Positions 35,189 to 45,423 of a stretch of 64,000 bases of DNA are shown here, one piece after another. Both the position numbers and the translations under genes were made by a program. The notes under the pieces were generated by a model. That model was not told where the DNA came from. It made no database searches and saw nothing but the letters and a program-made list of their open reading frames with translations. This stretch comes from an uncultured virus (IMG/VR IMGVR_UViG_3300027608_000027) (lineage: Duplodnaviria > Heunggongvirae > Uroviricota > Caudoviricetes): the IMG/VR virus record IMGVR_UViG_3300027608_000027, one strand, 5' to 3'. Each line of letters starts with the position of its first letter. Within the stretch, counting starts at the first letter, position 1.

Positions 35189-36640
35189 ATGCCATACAGC
35201 ATTAATAGATATAATAATACGTTACTAACCGTTGTTGAAGACGGGACCATTGATAGTACGCTCGATATTAAACTTATCGGAAAAAACTATGCCGGTTACG
35301 GAGAAGTACAAAATGAAAATTTTGTAAACCTACTAGAAAATTTTTCAGGAACAACAGAGCCCCCTCGCCCTATAAGCGGACAAATTTGGTTTGACAGCAA
35401 TCTTAATAAGTTAAAATTCCGTGATAAAAACAATGCTTGGAGAACAACAGGCGGCGCTGAGGTTGGTGCAAGCGAGCCTACAACAGCATTATCTACTGGT
35501 GATTTTTGGTTTAAAACAAGCACAGATCAGCTGTATGCATGGAACGGTTCAGAATACGTACTAATTGGTCCAGAAGCAGCATTAGGTCAAGGAACTACAC
35601 TCTTACGTTCTAGAACAGTGTCAGATACCATAGGCGGAGCCCATGCGATTATTGAAGCCATCGTAGATGATGCCACTGTTCATATTATCTCGTCTGATGA
35701 ATTTACGTTAGATGGAGCATTAAATCCTATAACTGGATTTAGTGTGATCAAGAAAGGGTTAACTCTTGTAAACACTGGATCAGACGGAATAACTACTTCC
35801 GATCATAGATATTGGGGCACTGCAAGCAATTCTTTAAAACTTGCCGGGTTGCCCGATTCAGCATATCTTAAAGTTGCAGACTATGGCGGATTTGATGACA
35901 TAGGATTTACACTAGGGGACAGTGATGATCTAGCAGTATTCATTGATGTTGACGGGATTACACCAGTTATTAGAAATGTTCTTAGCAATACAATTAAGTT
36001 TCAAACTACTAGCTCGGGTATAAAGACTCCATTAACACTAGTGGCAAATGATATTTTACCAGGAACGACTGCTGTTTCTAATATTGGGTCAAATACATAC
36101 AAATATGCAACGGTATATGCAGCATCGTTTGATGGTGTAGCAACTCAATCGACCACTTTGTTTTTTAACGGAGGGTATCGATCGGCGGTTGGCAATGCCA
36201 GTACAGCTAACTCAATAGTTGCTCGTGATGCTAGCGGTGATGTTTACGCCAATTTATTTCAAGGTACTGCTACGGCAGCTAGATTTGCTGACTTGGCAGA
36301 AAAATATCTTGCAGATGCCGAGTACGACGTAGGCACAGTTGTTGCAGTAGGCGGCGATAAAGAAGTTACTGCTGCTAAATATGGTGATCGTGCATTAGGC
36401 GCAGTAAGTGCTAGTCCAGCGTTCATGATGAACAAAGATTTAGAAGGCGGGACATATATAGCATTAAAGGGCCGTGTACCTGTTAAAGTACAAGGTGCAG
36501 TGCGCAAAGGACAAAGACTAGTTGCAGCTAATAACGGTACGGCAGTGGCTGCAGTTCCGCATGCAAATGATATATTTGCAATAGCTTTAGAGTCTAGTGA
36601 CGACACTGGTGTTAAATTAATTGAAGCAGTAATACTATAA
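35189..36640 (+). CDS. Tail fibre protein with C-terminal intramolecular-chaperone-like domain
   Basis: Same N-domain (GKNYAGYGEVQNENFVNLLENF...GQIWFD); C-terminal ADLAEKY..D..Y..GTVV..GG...IALKGRVPVKV domain. TAAATA at 35160-35165. Confidence 0.75.
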   Translation: MPYSINRYNNTLLTVVEDGTIDSTLDIKLIGKNYAGYGEVQNENFVNLLENFSGTTEPPRPISGQIWFDSNLNKLKFRDKNNAWRTTGGAEVGASEPTTALSTGDFWFKTSTDQLYAWNGSEYVLIGPEAALGQGTTLLRSRTVSDTIGGAHAIIEAIVDDATVHIISSDEFTLDGALNPITGFSVIKKGLTLVNTGSDGITTSDHRYWGTASNSLKLAGLPDSAYLKVADYGGFDDIGFTLGDSDDLAVFIDVDGITPVIRNVLSNTIKFQTTSSGIKTPLTLVANDILPGTTAVSNIGSNTYKYATVYAASFDGVATQSTTLFFNGGYRSAVGNASTANSIVARDASGDVYANLFQGTATAARFADLAEKYLADAEYDVGTVVAVGGDKEVTAAKYGDRALGAVSASPAFMMNKDLEGGTYIALKGRVPVKVQGAVRKGQRLVAANNGTAVAAVPHANDIFAIALESSDDTGVKLIEAVIL

Positions 36641-36650
36641 GGGATAGAAA

Positions 36651-37610
36651 ATGACAGCAGGTGTTGGACAACTAATACAAGTTAATGACTTTAACTCTAT
36701 TAGAACTAAAATTAATAATGTTATGGGAACAGGTACAGATGGTTACGGCCAAGCATTATCTAGTATTGATGCTACATCTAGTTCTACACAAACTGCAACA
36801 TTTTGGAATAATTTAAGAATAGATATTGCTAAATGTCGTGGCCACCAAACTGGCAGTAACGAATTGTTAAACTTATCAGAGCCGGTTAGTACAACTCCTA
36901 GTGCAGGACAGGTACAAATTATATCAGAAGCAGTTAGGGCCCAATATGATACAATGGCAGATTCTTGTGTTACGAATAAAAGAGTGTGTGCAGTTGGACA
37001 AGGATCTCCAGAAGCTATTGCTAATGGGGTAGGTACTAGATCAACAAATTGGCGAGTAAACATTACACATTCCGTAACTACCGAATTTACTTCGGCATTA
37101 GCAGCAAGGTATTTCTTTAATGCAGGCGGACAAATTAGATTCAGTGGAAGTAGAGTAGGAACTGCAGCATCTACTAAAGATACTAGCTGGACTAATCTGT
37201 TACAACAACAAGGCACAGTATTTATGGACTATACTGGAACAGGCCAAGCAATTGCTGGCACTCCTTCTAATTCATTTGGTACTTCAACTAGTATAGGTTT
37301 TTTTGATCTAACAACTTCTAATCAACAAATTTATATTAAAAATGCCACTGCTGGTACGTATGCTGAAAATTATTATCGCGTATTAGCTAAACTTAATACA
37401 GCATTTGGATCTGGAACAGAACCTACATCTATTATATTCACCATAGAATTTACTGATGCAGATACTGGTGATCAAACCGGCCTTGGAGCACCTGTCGACG
37501 AATTCGTTACAGGTACATTGACCAGTACTGTATCTATGTTTAGACCATCAGGTAGTAACGTATCCGTTACTGGTCCGACCATCGCTTCCCCAACTTTCAG
37601 CGGCTCATAA
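36651..37610 (+). CDS. Virion structural protein (hypothetical)
   Basis: 319 aa, Thr/Ser/Gly-rich, ARYFFNAGGQIRFS motif; last gene of the structural block. Confidence 0.5.
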   Translation: MTAGVGQLIQVNDFNSIRTKINNVMGTGTDGYGQALSSIDATSSSTQTATFWNNLRIDIAKCRGHQTGSNELLNLSEPVSTTPSAGQVQIISEAVRAQYDTMADSCVTNKRVCAVGQGSPEAIANGVGTRSTNWRVNITHSVTTEFTSALAARYFFNAGGQIRFSGSRVGTAASTKDTSWTNLLQQQGTVFMDYTGTGQAIAGTPSNSFGTSTSIGFFDLTTSNQQIYIKNATAGTYAENYYRVLAKLNTAFGSGTEPTSIIFTIEFTDADTGDQTGLGAPVDEFVTGTLTSTVSMFRPSGSNVSVTGPTIASPTFSGS

Positions 37611-37623
37611 ATTTTCTAACCCA

Positions 37624-37672
37624 GTAGATCGTTGCATAATTACAGTATAGATTGTAATTATGGAGTATCTAC
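37624..37672 (+). promoter_or_regulatory. Hairpin occluding the RBS of the first gene of the enzyme cluster
   Basis: CATAATTACA (37635-37644) pairs with TGTAATTATG (37653-37662); outer GTAGAT/ATCTAC stem flanks GGAG and ends at ATG 37673. Confidence 0.55.
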
Positions 37673-38017
37673 ATGAATGAGCAAGTTACTAAGGCCTTCA
37701 ATATAGCCAACTTAATGGCTACTATGGCCAATCAAAAACGTATTTTAAAAGAAGAATTTGAACAAACACTGTTTTATTTTCATAACGGTGGCACATTTCA
37801 AGCTACTCCTGTATTAATTTCCTATGTTCAAAGTCTAAAATTATTAGAGTTAGAAGAAACTGTAATAGTTGATAGTAATGGAATTCCAATTCTTGTAAAA
37901 AGTCTTTCTAACTTTTTAGAACAACTATTAGATTGTCATGTACGAGCTAATAATTTGTATTTTACAAAATACGAAGATTTAAAAAAATCTAGATCTGTAG
38001 AAAGTATCCTAGCATAA
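37673..38017 (+). CDS. Hypothetical protein
   Basis: 114-aa ORF with GGAG RBS; translationally coupled to the next gene. Confidence 0.7.
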   Translation: MNEQVTKAFNIANLMATMANQKRILKEEFEQTLFYFHNGGTFQATPVLISYVQSLKLLELEETVIVDSNGIPILVKSLSNFLEQLLDCHVRANNLYFTKYEDLKKSRSVESILA

Positions 38018-38841
38018 TGACACAGGGAGTTTTAATTTTTGCATTTAACAGTGAGTTCAATTATCAAGAACTTGCACTGGCAGCAGCTAAACGAGTCAAA
38101 GAACATTTACAGTTACCAGTTAGTTTGGTAACTGATGCAACGACCTTGCTACCAGAAATATTTACATCCGTATTTGATAAAATAATTTTTTCTCAAGATA
38201 CTTCTACACAAACTAAAACCTTTTTTGATGGTGCTATTGCATCAAATGTTTACGTTTGGAAAAATGCAAATCGATATCAAAGTTATGATCTAACTCCGTA
38301 CGATGAAACACTAGTTATTGACGCAGATTATCTTGTTAACAGTAATTTTTTATTAAATTGTTTTAAGTTAGAAAAAGATTTTTTAATTTACAAAGACTCA
38401 TATGACTTAACAGGATGGAGAACAGGTAACGAGTTCAAATATGTAAATCAACATTCTATACCATTTTACTGGGCAACAGTGTTATATTTTAAGAAAACAC
38501 CCAATACTCGTATACTGTTCGATCTAGTTGATTTCATACGACAAAACTGGAACTACTATAGATTAATCTATCAAATTCCTGAAAAGAAATTTAGAAACGA
38601 TTATGCATTTAGCATTTCGTTACATATCTTAAATGGTTATGTTACCGATAATGTTGACACAATTCCTGGAAGAATGTATTATGTTACAGATAAGGATATT
38701 CTAATTGCCGCAACACCCACATCCTGCACTTTGTTAGTTGAAAAAGAACATGCAATGGGTGAATATACTGCCTTGAAAATTTCCGATGTTGATGTGCATG
38801 TAATGAACAAGCACAGTATTTTAAGGGTGTTGAATGACTAA
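38017..38841 (+). CDS. GT-A fold glycosyltransferase-like protein (GT8-like)
   Basis: GVLIFA N-terminal strand, TPYDETLVIDADY (DxD), FRNDYAFS. Confidence 0.65.
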   Translation: MTQGVLIFAFNSEFNYQELALAAAKRVKEHLQLPVSLVTDATTLLPEIFTSVFDKIIFSQDTSTQTKTFFDGAIASNVYVWKNANRYQSYDLTPYDETLVIDADYLVNSNFLLNCFKLEKDFLIYKDSYDLTGWRTGNEFKYVNQHSIPFYWATVLYFKKTPNTRILFDLVDFIRQNWNYYRLIYQIPEKKFRNDYAFSISLHILNGYVTDNVDTIPGRMYYVTDKDILIAATPTSCTLLVEKEHAMGEYTALKISDVDVHVMNKHSILRVLND

Positions 38842-39670
38842 GGGACATTTAATTTTTGCACAAAATTCTGATATTGATTATGTTAGACAAGCCTATGCAT
38901 TAGCATTGTCAATTAAACAACATAATAAAATAAACAACGTTTGTTTAATGACAAATGATTCAGTGCCGTTTGAATATACAAAAGCATTTGATCACATAGT
39001 TTCAATTCCATGGGGAGATGCTGCCGAAAAATCTGAATGGAAAATTGAAAACAGATGGAAGATAATTTATGCAAGCCCTTATCAGGAAACACTAGTTTAC
39101 GATTCAGACATGCTAGTATGTTCTTCTAATGATCACTGGTGGGACTATTTAGAAAATAAAAATATTGCATTAGCCGGAAATGTACAAACATACAAAGGCG
39201 AAATTGTGACTAACAATTTTTATAGAAAATCTTTTGTTGAAAACAATCTACCAGATTTGTATTTTGGAATACATTACATTAAAAAAAATAAAAGATCTTA
39301 TGAATTTTACAAATGGTTAGAAATTATTGTAAAAAACTGGAAACAATACTACAGCATTTATACTCCTAATAATCCTCAAAAGTTTTGTAGTATGGATGTA
39401 TCATCGGCCATTGCAGCAACAATATTAGATGCCAAAGAAGAATTTGGCACAGGTAATCCTTTAACTTTTACGCATATGAAGCCGGCAATACAAAACTGGC
39501 ATGATATTCCAGATACATGGCAATCGGCAACTACTATGCAGTTTACTGATCATGCCGATCTTAAAATATCAAATTTTTTACAAACAGGTGTTTTTCATTA
39601 CACTGAGAATGATTTTCTTACTGACGATATTATAAAAAAATTAGAGGCTGTATATGAATCAAGGTATTGA
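38834..39670 (+). CDS. GT-A fold glycosyltransferase-like protein, paralogue of the previous gene
   Basis: GHLIFAQN, SPYQETLVYDSDM (DxD), FTHMKP, FHY. Confidence 0.65.
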   Translation: MTKGHLIFAQNSDIDYVRQAYALALSIKQHNKINNVCLMTNDSVPFEYTKAFDHIVSIPWGDAAEKSEWKIENRWKIIYASPYQETLVYDSDMLVCSSNDHWWDYLENKNIALAGNVQTYKGEIVTNNFYRKSFVENNLPDLYFGIHYIKKNKRSYEFYKWLEIIVKNWKQYYSIYTPNNPQKFCSMDVSSAIAATILDAKEEFGTGNPLTFTHMKPAIQNWHDIPDTWQSATTMQFTDHADLKISNFLQTGVFHYTENDFLTDDIIKKLEAVYESRY

Positions 39671-40226
39671 AGGCATTGACTTTATAAGTGAAGAAGACCG
39701 CTTGCGTACAAACACAATGTTTTCTGCTCCTAATATGTTTTATGTATATTATGACGAAAACAATAACATATATTCAATTACAAATGAAAAAAAAGAGTCT
39801 GGAAACTTTGTTGAAACTACTGAAGCTTTAGTTAAAGATTTCCTTGAAGGTAAAAAAGATTATAAAAATTTTAAAGTTAAAGGTAGTAGAAATAAACAAT
39901 TTGTTGAAAACACTGTGCATGTTAAATCTGTTTATAAAGATTTTTCTGTAATAACAGCTTGTGAAACTACTCCTGAGTTAGCAGTATCTATTAAAGACAA
40001 AAAAATAGTTTTTAAAATTAATCCTGACATTACAGGATATAGCGGAAACTTACAATTTTTTATTGTTGATAAAAACGATTATAATTGGTTATTTGAAACT
40101 TTAGAGGTAAGTTTAGAAGACATTCAACTGCATGGAATTGTTGAAAAATCTTTAAATTATAACTTTGAAAATATTGCCATACTTACTAAGAACTTTTTTA
40201 ATTCTTATGGAATAGTAAATGACTAA
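39654..40226 (+). CDS. Hypothetical protein
   Basis: 190-aa ORF overlapping both neighbours. Confidence 0.65.
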   Translation: MNQGIEGIDFISEEDRLRTNTMFSAPNMFYVYYDENNNIYSITNEKKESGNFVETTEALVKDFLEGKKDYKNFKVKGSRNKQFVENTVHVKSVYKDFSVITACETTPELAVSIKDKKIVFKINPDITGYSGNLQFFIVDKNDYNWLFETLEVSLEDIQLHGIVEKSLNYNFENIAILTKNFFNSYGIVND

Positions 40227-41145
40227 AAAAATTAAATTAATAGACTATGATGTTGTTTATCTAAGCTATGACGAACCCAATGCTGAAAAAAATTATGCCG
40301 ACTTGCTAACAAAGATTCCTTGGGCAAAACGTGTTCACGGTGTTGACGGCAGTGACAGCGCACACAAGGCCTGTGCAAGACTTGCAGAAACAGACCGTGT
40401 TACTATTATTGATGGTGACAATATTATTAAGCCTGAATTAATTCAACAGTCTGTTGAATTTGTTGACGAAGTAGACCTGTCTAAATCTGTTCTATCATAT
40501 GCGGCAGAAAACATTATTAATGGTTTACAATACGGTAATGGTGGAATTAAGAACTGGGATAGAGAATTAGTGCTAAACATGAAGACTCATGAAAATGCTG
40601 ATCCTACAAATGATAAAACTCAAGTAGATTTTTGTTGGGATATAAACTATCTACAGTTAAAAAGCTGTATGAGTTATGTACATAATAACGCTACTCCCCA
40701 GCAGGCGTGGCGAGCAGGATTCCGCGAAGGTGTAAAAATGAGTTTACTTGAAGGTAGCAAGCCTTCAAAAGATTTACCATTTGACAAACAAATTCACTGG
40801 AAGAATTATCATAGACTAGTAACATGGATGAATGTTGGCGCAGATGTTGAACACGGTATTTGGGCCATGTACGGTGCTAGATTGGGTTGCTGGATGACTA
40901 ATCTTAAAGATGATTGGGATCATACTAATGTACGAGATTTTAAGTATCTCAATAGTCTATGGAATACTTTAGAAACAAGTGTTGACTTTGACTTGTCTGC
41001 AGAAATGTTAGAATTAGGTACACAGCTAAGAGATCAGTTAGGCATACTTACAGGACCTAGCATATTAGATGCTGATCAAAGTAAATTTTTTAAAGCATTA
41101 TACACAAATCCTCCTCGTATGAAAAATAACTGGGTTATAGAGTAA
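40219..41145 (+). CDS. Glycosyltransferase-like protein (GT-A, DGD motif)
   Basis: DVVYLSYDEPNA...RVHGVDG...AHKACA...IIDGDN...YGNGG...AWRAGFREGVK. Confidence 0.55.
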   Translation: MTKKIKLIDYDVVYLSYDEPNAEKNYADLLTKIPWAKRVHGVDGSDSAHKACARLAETDRVTIIDGDNIIKPELIQQSVEFVDEVDLSKSVLSYAAENIINGLQYGNGGIKNWDRELVLNMKTHENADPTNDKTQVDFCWDINYLQLKSCMSYVHNNATPQQAWRAGFREGVKMSLLEGSKPSKDLPFDKQIHWKNYHRLVTWMNVGADVEHGIWAMYGARLGCWMTNLKDDWDHTNVRDFKYLNSLWNTLETSVDFDLSAEMLELGTQLRDQLGILTGPSILDADQSKFFKALYTNPPRMKNNWVIE

Positions 41146-41813
41146 TGTACGATATTGTTTTTATAAGTTATAATGAACCTAATGCTGATGAAAACTGGCA
41201 AAGATTAGCGTCTAGATTTCCCTTGGCTAAACGTGTGCATGGAGTTAAAGGCATCCATCGAGCACATATAATGGCTGCAAAAAAATGTTTCACACATATG
41301 TTTTGGGTTGTAGATGGTGATGCAGTAATACTTGATACTTTTGATTTTAGTTATAAAACTAAATTGTTAGACACTGTGCATGTATGGAGAAGTATCAATC
41401 CTATAAATGATTTAGAATATGGAAATGGCGGAGTAAAGTTATTACCTAGAAGTATGACAATTAATATGGATGTTACAAAGCCAGATATGACAACTAGTAT
41501 TAGTGAAAAGTTTAAACCAGTTTTAGAAGTTAGCAATATTACAGCATTTAACAGTGATCCTTTTAACACTTGGAAGAGTGCATTTAGAGAATGTTGTAAA
41601 TTATCAAGTAAAATAATTGATAGACAAAAATCAGATGAAACTCAGCAAAGATTAACTGCATGGTGTACTAAAGGTGCAGATAGAATTTACGGAGACTATG
41701 CATTAGCAGGTGCTAAAGCAGGAGCATTATATGGAACTAACAATTCAAATAATGTTGACGCATTAAAAATGATCAATGATTTTGAATGGTTAGAGAAACA
41801 ATATGGAAAATAA
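41145..41813 (+). CDS. Glycosyltransferase-like protein, paralogue of the previous gene
   Basis: DIVFISYNEPNA...RVHGVKGIHRAH...VVDGDA...YGNGGVKL...WKSAFRECCK. Confidence 0.55.
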   Translation: MYDIVFISYNEPNADENWQRLASRFPLAKRVHGVKGIHRAHIMAAKKCFTHMFWVVDGDAVILDTFDFSYKTKLLDTVHVWRSINPINDLEYGNGGVKLLPRSMTINMDVTKPDMTTSISEKFKPVLEVSNITAFNSDPFNTWKSAFRECCKLSSKIIDRQKSDETQQRLTAWCTKGADRIYGDYALAGAKAGALYGTNNSNNVDALKMINDFEWLEKQYGK

Positions 41814-42621
41814 AAACGATGCAGTTGAGTTATTATTTGGATTAGAAACTTATTGTGAGTTTTTAAAAAAAGGAGAAGACAGGGCGTTTATACATGATAT
41901 CATTAATGTCTTAAGAGCAGAAAACGTTAATGAGTCTATGCTTAATTATTGTCTTAAGCGACTTAACAGAGACGAGTTGTTTAGTTCAATTAACTCCTTT
42001 TCTAAAAATAATGATATACAACCGATTAAAGACGGGTTAAGCAGAAGTCAAATTCGAAGTAAAATATGGCTTATAGAAGAACTATCTAAATTAGGAATTA
42101 AATATTCCAATATTGTAATTATGGGAGGCTGGTTTGGTCAGCTAGTTAGTATATATGATAAAATATTAAAATTTGACAAAATTAGAATTTTAGATCTTGA
42201 AAAATCTTTTTGTGAAGCTAGCGATTATACATTTAATTTAAAGTATCTTGAAAATTATAAAGTTAAAGCTGTGTGTGCAGATATAAACAAATTAACATTG
42301 CACAAAAACGGATACGAATGGCCTGTTACTAATTTTAAAGAAAACACAGAATATGTAGAAAAATTTGTACCTGACCTAATTATTAACACAAGTGCAGAGC
42401 ACATGAGCGAAGATTGGTTTCATCAGATTAGATTTAAAGAACTAGAATCTAATCCTATTGTGGCAATACACAGCAATAATATGTTTGATGGTGAAGGCCA
42501 TATTAATTGTGTGCATAGCGTTAACCATATGAAAAAGAAGTTTCCAATGAACGAAATTTTATTTGAAGGTGAGCTTCAACTTAAAGGGTATAAGCGAGTA
42601 ATGCTTATAGGAAGACCATGA
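41803..42621 (+). CDS. Class I SAM-dependent methyltransferase-like protein
   Basis: IVIMGGWFG glycine loop, acidic LDLE at the end of strand 2, CADIN, LIINTSAEHM. Confidence 0.55.
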   Translation: MENKNDAVELLFGLETYCEFLKKGEDRAFIHDIINVLRAENVNESMLNYCLKRLNRDELFSSINSFSKNNDIQPIKDGLSRSQIRSKIWLIEELSKLGIKYSNIVIMGGWFGQLVSIYDKILKFDKIRILDLEKSFCEASDYTFNLKYLENYKVKAVCADINKLTLHKNGYEWPVTNFKENTEYVEKFVPDLIINTSAEHMSEDWFHQIRFKELESNPIVAIHSNNMFDGEGHINCVHSVNHMKKKFPMNEILFEGELQLKGYKRVMLIGRP

Positions 42622-42836
42622 TAGACAATCTTGAATTACGAGACTTACAAAAAGAAGCAGCTAGAGCATTAACAGTTATGGAAGCTACAAATAACAACAT
42701 CTACAAGTATAATGTTCAAGCCTATCATAACAGTCAAAATTGGTATCGAGCTGTTATTAAAGACTATGTAGAAAAGTACGGAGACCTTCCTAGTCGTGTT
42801 GGCCCTGCAAAAGAAATAAAATTAGTGATGGAATAA
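42618..42836 (+). CDS. Hypothetical protein (72 aa)
   Basis: ATGA/TAATG overlaps with both neighbours. Confidence 0.65.
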   Translation: MIDNLELRDLQKEAARALTVMEATNNNIYKYNVQAYHNSQNWYRAVIKDYVEKYGDLPSRVGPAKEIKLVME

Positions 42837-44008
42837 TGTTATACACATATAATGAAATTAAGGCAGTACACTTAGAAATTACAGATAACTGTAATGCAGC
42901 CTGTCCTATGTGCGCTCGTAACATTAATGGCGGTCAAGAAAATCCACAACTTCCGGGTACTGAACTATTCATAGAAGATATTAAACGTATATTTGAACCT
43001 AACTTTATAGCACAGTTAGATCGTATGTACATGTGTGGAAACTATGGTGATCCAATTGTTGCAAGAGATACATTAGAAGCCTTTGCTTATTTTAGAGAAC
43101 ATAATCCTAAAATGAATCTCAGCATGATGACAAACGGGTCGGCTAAGAAGCCTGAGTGGTGGAAAACACTTGCACAAGTATTAGGCCCTAAAGGATACGT
43201 TACTTTTAGTATAGACGGATTAGAAGATACTAATCATCTATATAGACAAAATACCGTTTGGTCTAAAATTATGGAAAATGCATCTGCATTTATTGCAGCC
43301 GGCGGCAGAGCACGTTGGGATTATATTGTATTTGCACATAACGAACACCAAGTAGATGCTGCAGAAGCATTGTCAAAATCTATGGGGTTTGAACGATTTC
43401 AATTTAAAAAGTCTGCTAGATTTTTTAGTAATGCCAGCGGTGTTACTAAAGAAATGCATCAAGCTGCTAATCGTAAAGGAATCGCAACTACATTATTACA
43501 AGCACCTGCTAATCCTAAATATCGAAATGCTGCTTTAGAAGAACTCAGTAAGATTGCCAAATCAGAAGCCCCTATTAAATTTTTACCAAGTAAGCAAGAA
43601 GATTTAGCAGGGTATATTTTTCCACAAGTCTTCCATAAAGACACTGAAAAGAAAAAACCAATGGAAAAATATTGGGATGAAGTTCCAATCAAATGTAAAG
43701 TAGCAGAAGAAAAAAGTCTTTATATTTCAGCAGAAGGTATTGTGCAACCTTGTTGTTGGACAGCTGGACAAATGTATGTTTGGTACTGGACTCCTAAAGG
43801 TGGACAAATATGGAACTTGATAGAACAAGTTGGCAAGGACAACCTCAATGCTACTAAATTAAATTTAGAAAGTATTGTAAATGGTAAATTTATGCAAGAC
43901 CTTATTCCTAATAGTTGGAAAAAATCTAGTTGCGCAGATGGCAAACTTGCTGTATGTGCAAAAACTTGCGGCACAAAATATGACGCATTTGAGGAACAAT
44001 TTAAATAA
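42836..44008 (+). CDS. Radical SAM protein with C-terminal SPASM/twitch-like Cys cluster
   Basis: CNAACPMC; GNYGDP; TNG; SIDG; C-terminal KC...PCCW...CAKTC. Confidence 0.9.
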   Translation: MLYTYNEIKAVHLEITDNCNAACPMCARNINGGQENPQLPGTELFIEDIKRIFEPNFIAQLDRMYMCGNYGDPIVARDTLEAFAYFREHNPKMNLSMMTNGSAKKPEWWKTLAQVLGPKGYVTFSIDGLEDTNHLYRQNTVWSKIMENASAFIAAGGRARWDYIVFAHNEHQVDAAEALSKSMGFERFQFKKSARFFSNASGVTKEMHQAANRKGIATTLLQAPANPKYRNAALEELSKIAKSEAPIKFLPSKQEDLAGYIFPQVFHKDTEKKKPMEKYWDEVPIKCKVAEEKSLYISAEGIVQPCCWTAGQMYVWYWTPKGGQIWNLIEQVGKDNLNATKLNLESIVNGKFMQDLIPNSWKKSSCADGKLAVCAKTCGTKYDAFEEQFK

Positions 44009-45408
44009 TGAATAATTACCCTTCTAAAACATGGTGTATCCTTCCTTGGGTACATCTTAGCACACGCCCTGACGGTAGTATGCGAGTATGTTGCACGGCT
44101 AATGCTAGCGGTGTCGCCGCCACTAACGAAGAAAAAGTAGGCGGATCACAAGTTGGAGTACTTAAAAACGATGAAGGTTTACCTAGTAATCTCAACAACA
44201 CAGACTTTCAAACAGCCTGGAATAGCAACTACATGAAGAATGTTCGTAAGCAGATGCTTGCAGGAGAACAACCGCCTAGCTGCACTAAATGCTACAAAGA
44301 AGAAGCAGCGGGACATAACAGTAAAAGAATGTGGGAAACTGAGTATTGGAGACAGCGTGTTGATGTAGACAAGTTGATTAATGAAACTAACGAAGACGGC
44401 AGTGTTCCTCCACAATTAGCCTACATTGATTTGCGTTTTGGGACTAAGTGCCAACTAGCCTGCATCATGTGCAGTCCCCATGACAGCAGTGGCTGGATCA
44501 AAGATTGGCAGAAAGTATTTCCTACATTAGAAAATGAGGGAGTCAAAAAAATATGGCAATGGGATAATAAAGGCAGCATCAACGGCAGCAGTTATAATTG
44601 GCACAAACAAAATCCTGTGTTCTGGCAGCAGTTCTATGAACAAATTCCCCACATGCAACAGGTCTACTTTGCCGGAGGAGAACCGCTGATCATTGACGAA
44701 CATTACGAAATTCTTGAAGAAATTATTCGTCAAGGTCGTGCTAAAGATATTGAGATACGTTACAACAGCAATGGAGTTGAATGGCGTGAAGACCTATTTG
44801 AGTTATGGAGTCATTTTAAGATTGTGCGCTTTCATTATAGTGTGGACAGTATAGGGTCAATGAATGAGTACATACGTTATCCTAGCAAGTGGGAAAGAAC
44901 TACAGAAGTGTTTAAAATTTTAGATGAGCAAACACCTGACAATGTAGAAGTTACTATAGCTTGTGCAGTTAATGCATTAAATATCTATTATATTCCAGAT
45001 TTTTTACGTTGGAAATTACAACAGAATTTTAAGAAAATTAATATGTGGCCATTAGGCGCAGGTGGTATTAACTATCATTTTGTATACTGGCCTGCATTTT
45101 TAAATGTAAAAGTACTGCCACAGTGGTTTAAAGATACGTGTGAAAAGAAATATGAAGAATTTATACCATGGTTTGAAGAAAACTGGGAACTATGTTTATC
45201 TGAAAAAAGCAAGGGTAAGGTTTCTAAAGAACAGTGGTTGAATAATCAATATGGTGTAAAAAGATTAAGAGGCATGATCAGTTTCATGAAGTCAGAAGAT
45301 TGGAGTGGAAGATTGCTAGAAATGAAAGATTATTTAGAAAAAATTGATGCACAAAGAGACATAAGTTTTTATACTACTTTTTCCGAAATGTCTGACATCT
45401 TTAAATAA
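44008..45408 (+). CDS. Radical SAM protein with N-terminal SPASM/twitch-like domain
   Basis: N-terminal CILPW...VCC...CTKC; core CQLACIMC; AGGEP; SNG. Confidence 0.9.
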   Translation: MNNYPSKTWCILPWVHLSTRPDGSMRVCCTANASGVAATNEEKVGGSQVGVLKNDEGLPSNLNNTDFQTAWNSNYMKNVRKQMLAGEQPPSCTKCYKEEAAGHNSKRMWETEYWRQRVDVDKLINETNEDGSVPPQLAYIDLRFGTKCQLACIMCSPHDSSGWIKDWQKVFPTLENEGVKKIWQWDNKGSINGSSYNWHKQNPVFWQQFYEQIPHMQQVYFAGGEPLIIDEHYEILEEIIRQGRAKDIEIRYNSNGVEWREDLFELWSHFKIVRFHYSVDSIGSMNEYIRYPSKWERTTEVFKILDEQTPDNVEVTIACAVNALNIYYIPDFLRWKLQQNFKKINMWPLGAGGINYHFVYWPAFLNVKVLPQWFKDTCEKKYEEFIPWFEENWELCLSEKSKGKVSKEQWLNNQYGVKRLRGMISFMKSEDWSGRLLEMKDYLEKIDAQRDISFYTTFSEMSDIFK

Positions 45409-45423
45409 ATTAGGAGAATTAAA

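Noticed and set aside
31162..36640. Diversity-generating retroelement or invertible tail-fibre cassette
   Set aside because: No reverse transcriptase or invertase in the window, and no near-identical TR/VR repeat or flanking inverted repeats noticed; similarity is limited to diverged N-termini.
45402..45407. TAAATA upstream of the 2OG oxygenase as a late promoter
   Set aside because: It coincides with the Phe-Lys-stop codons of the upstream gene and may be chance; not counted.
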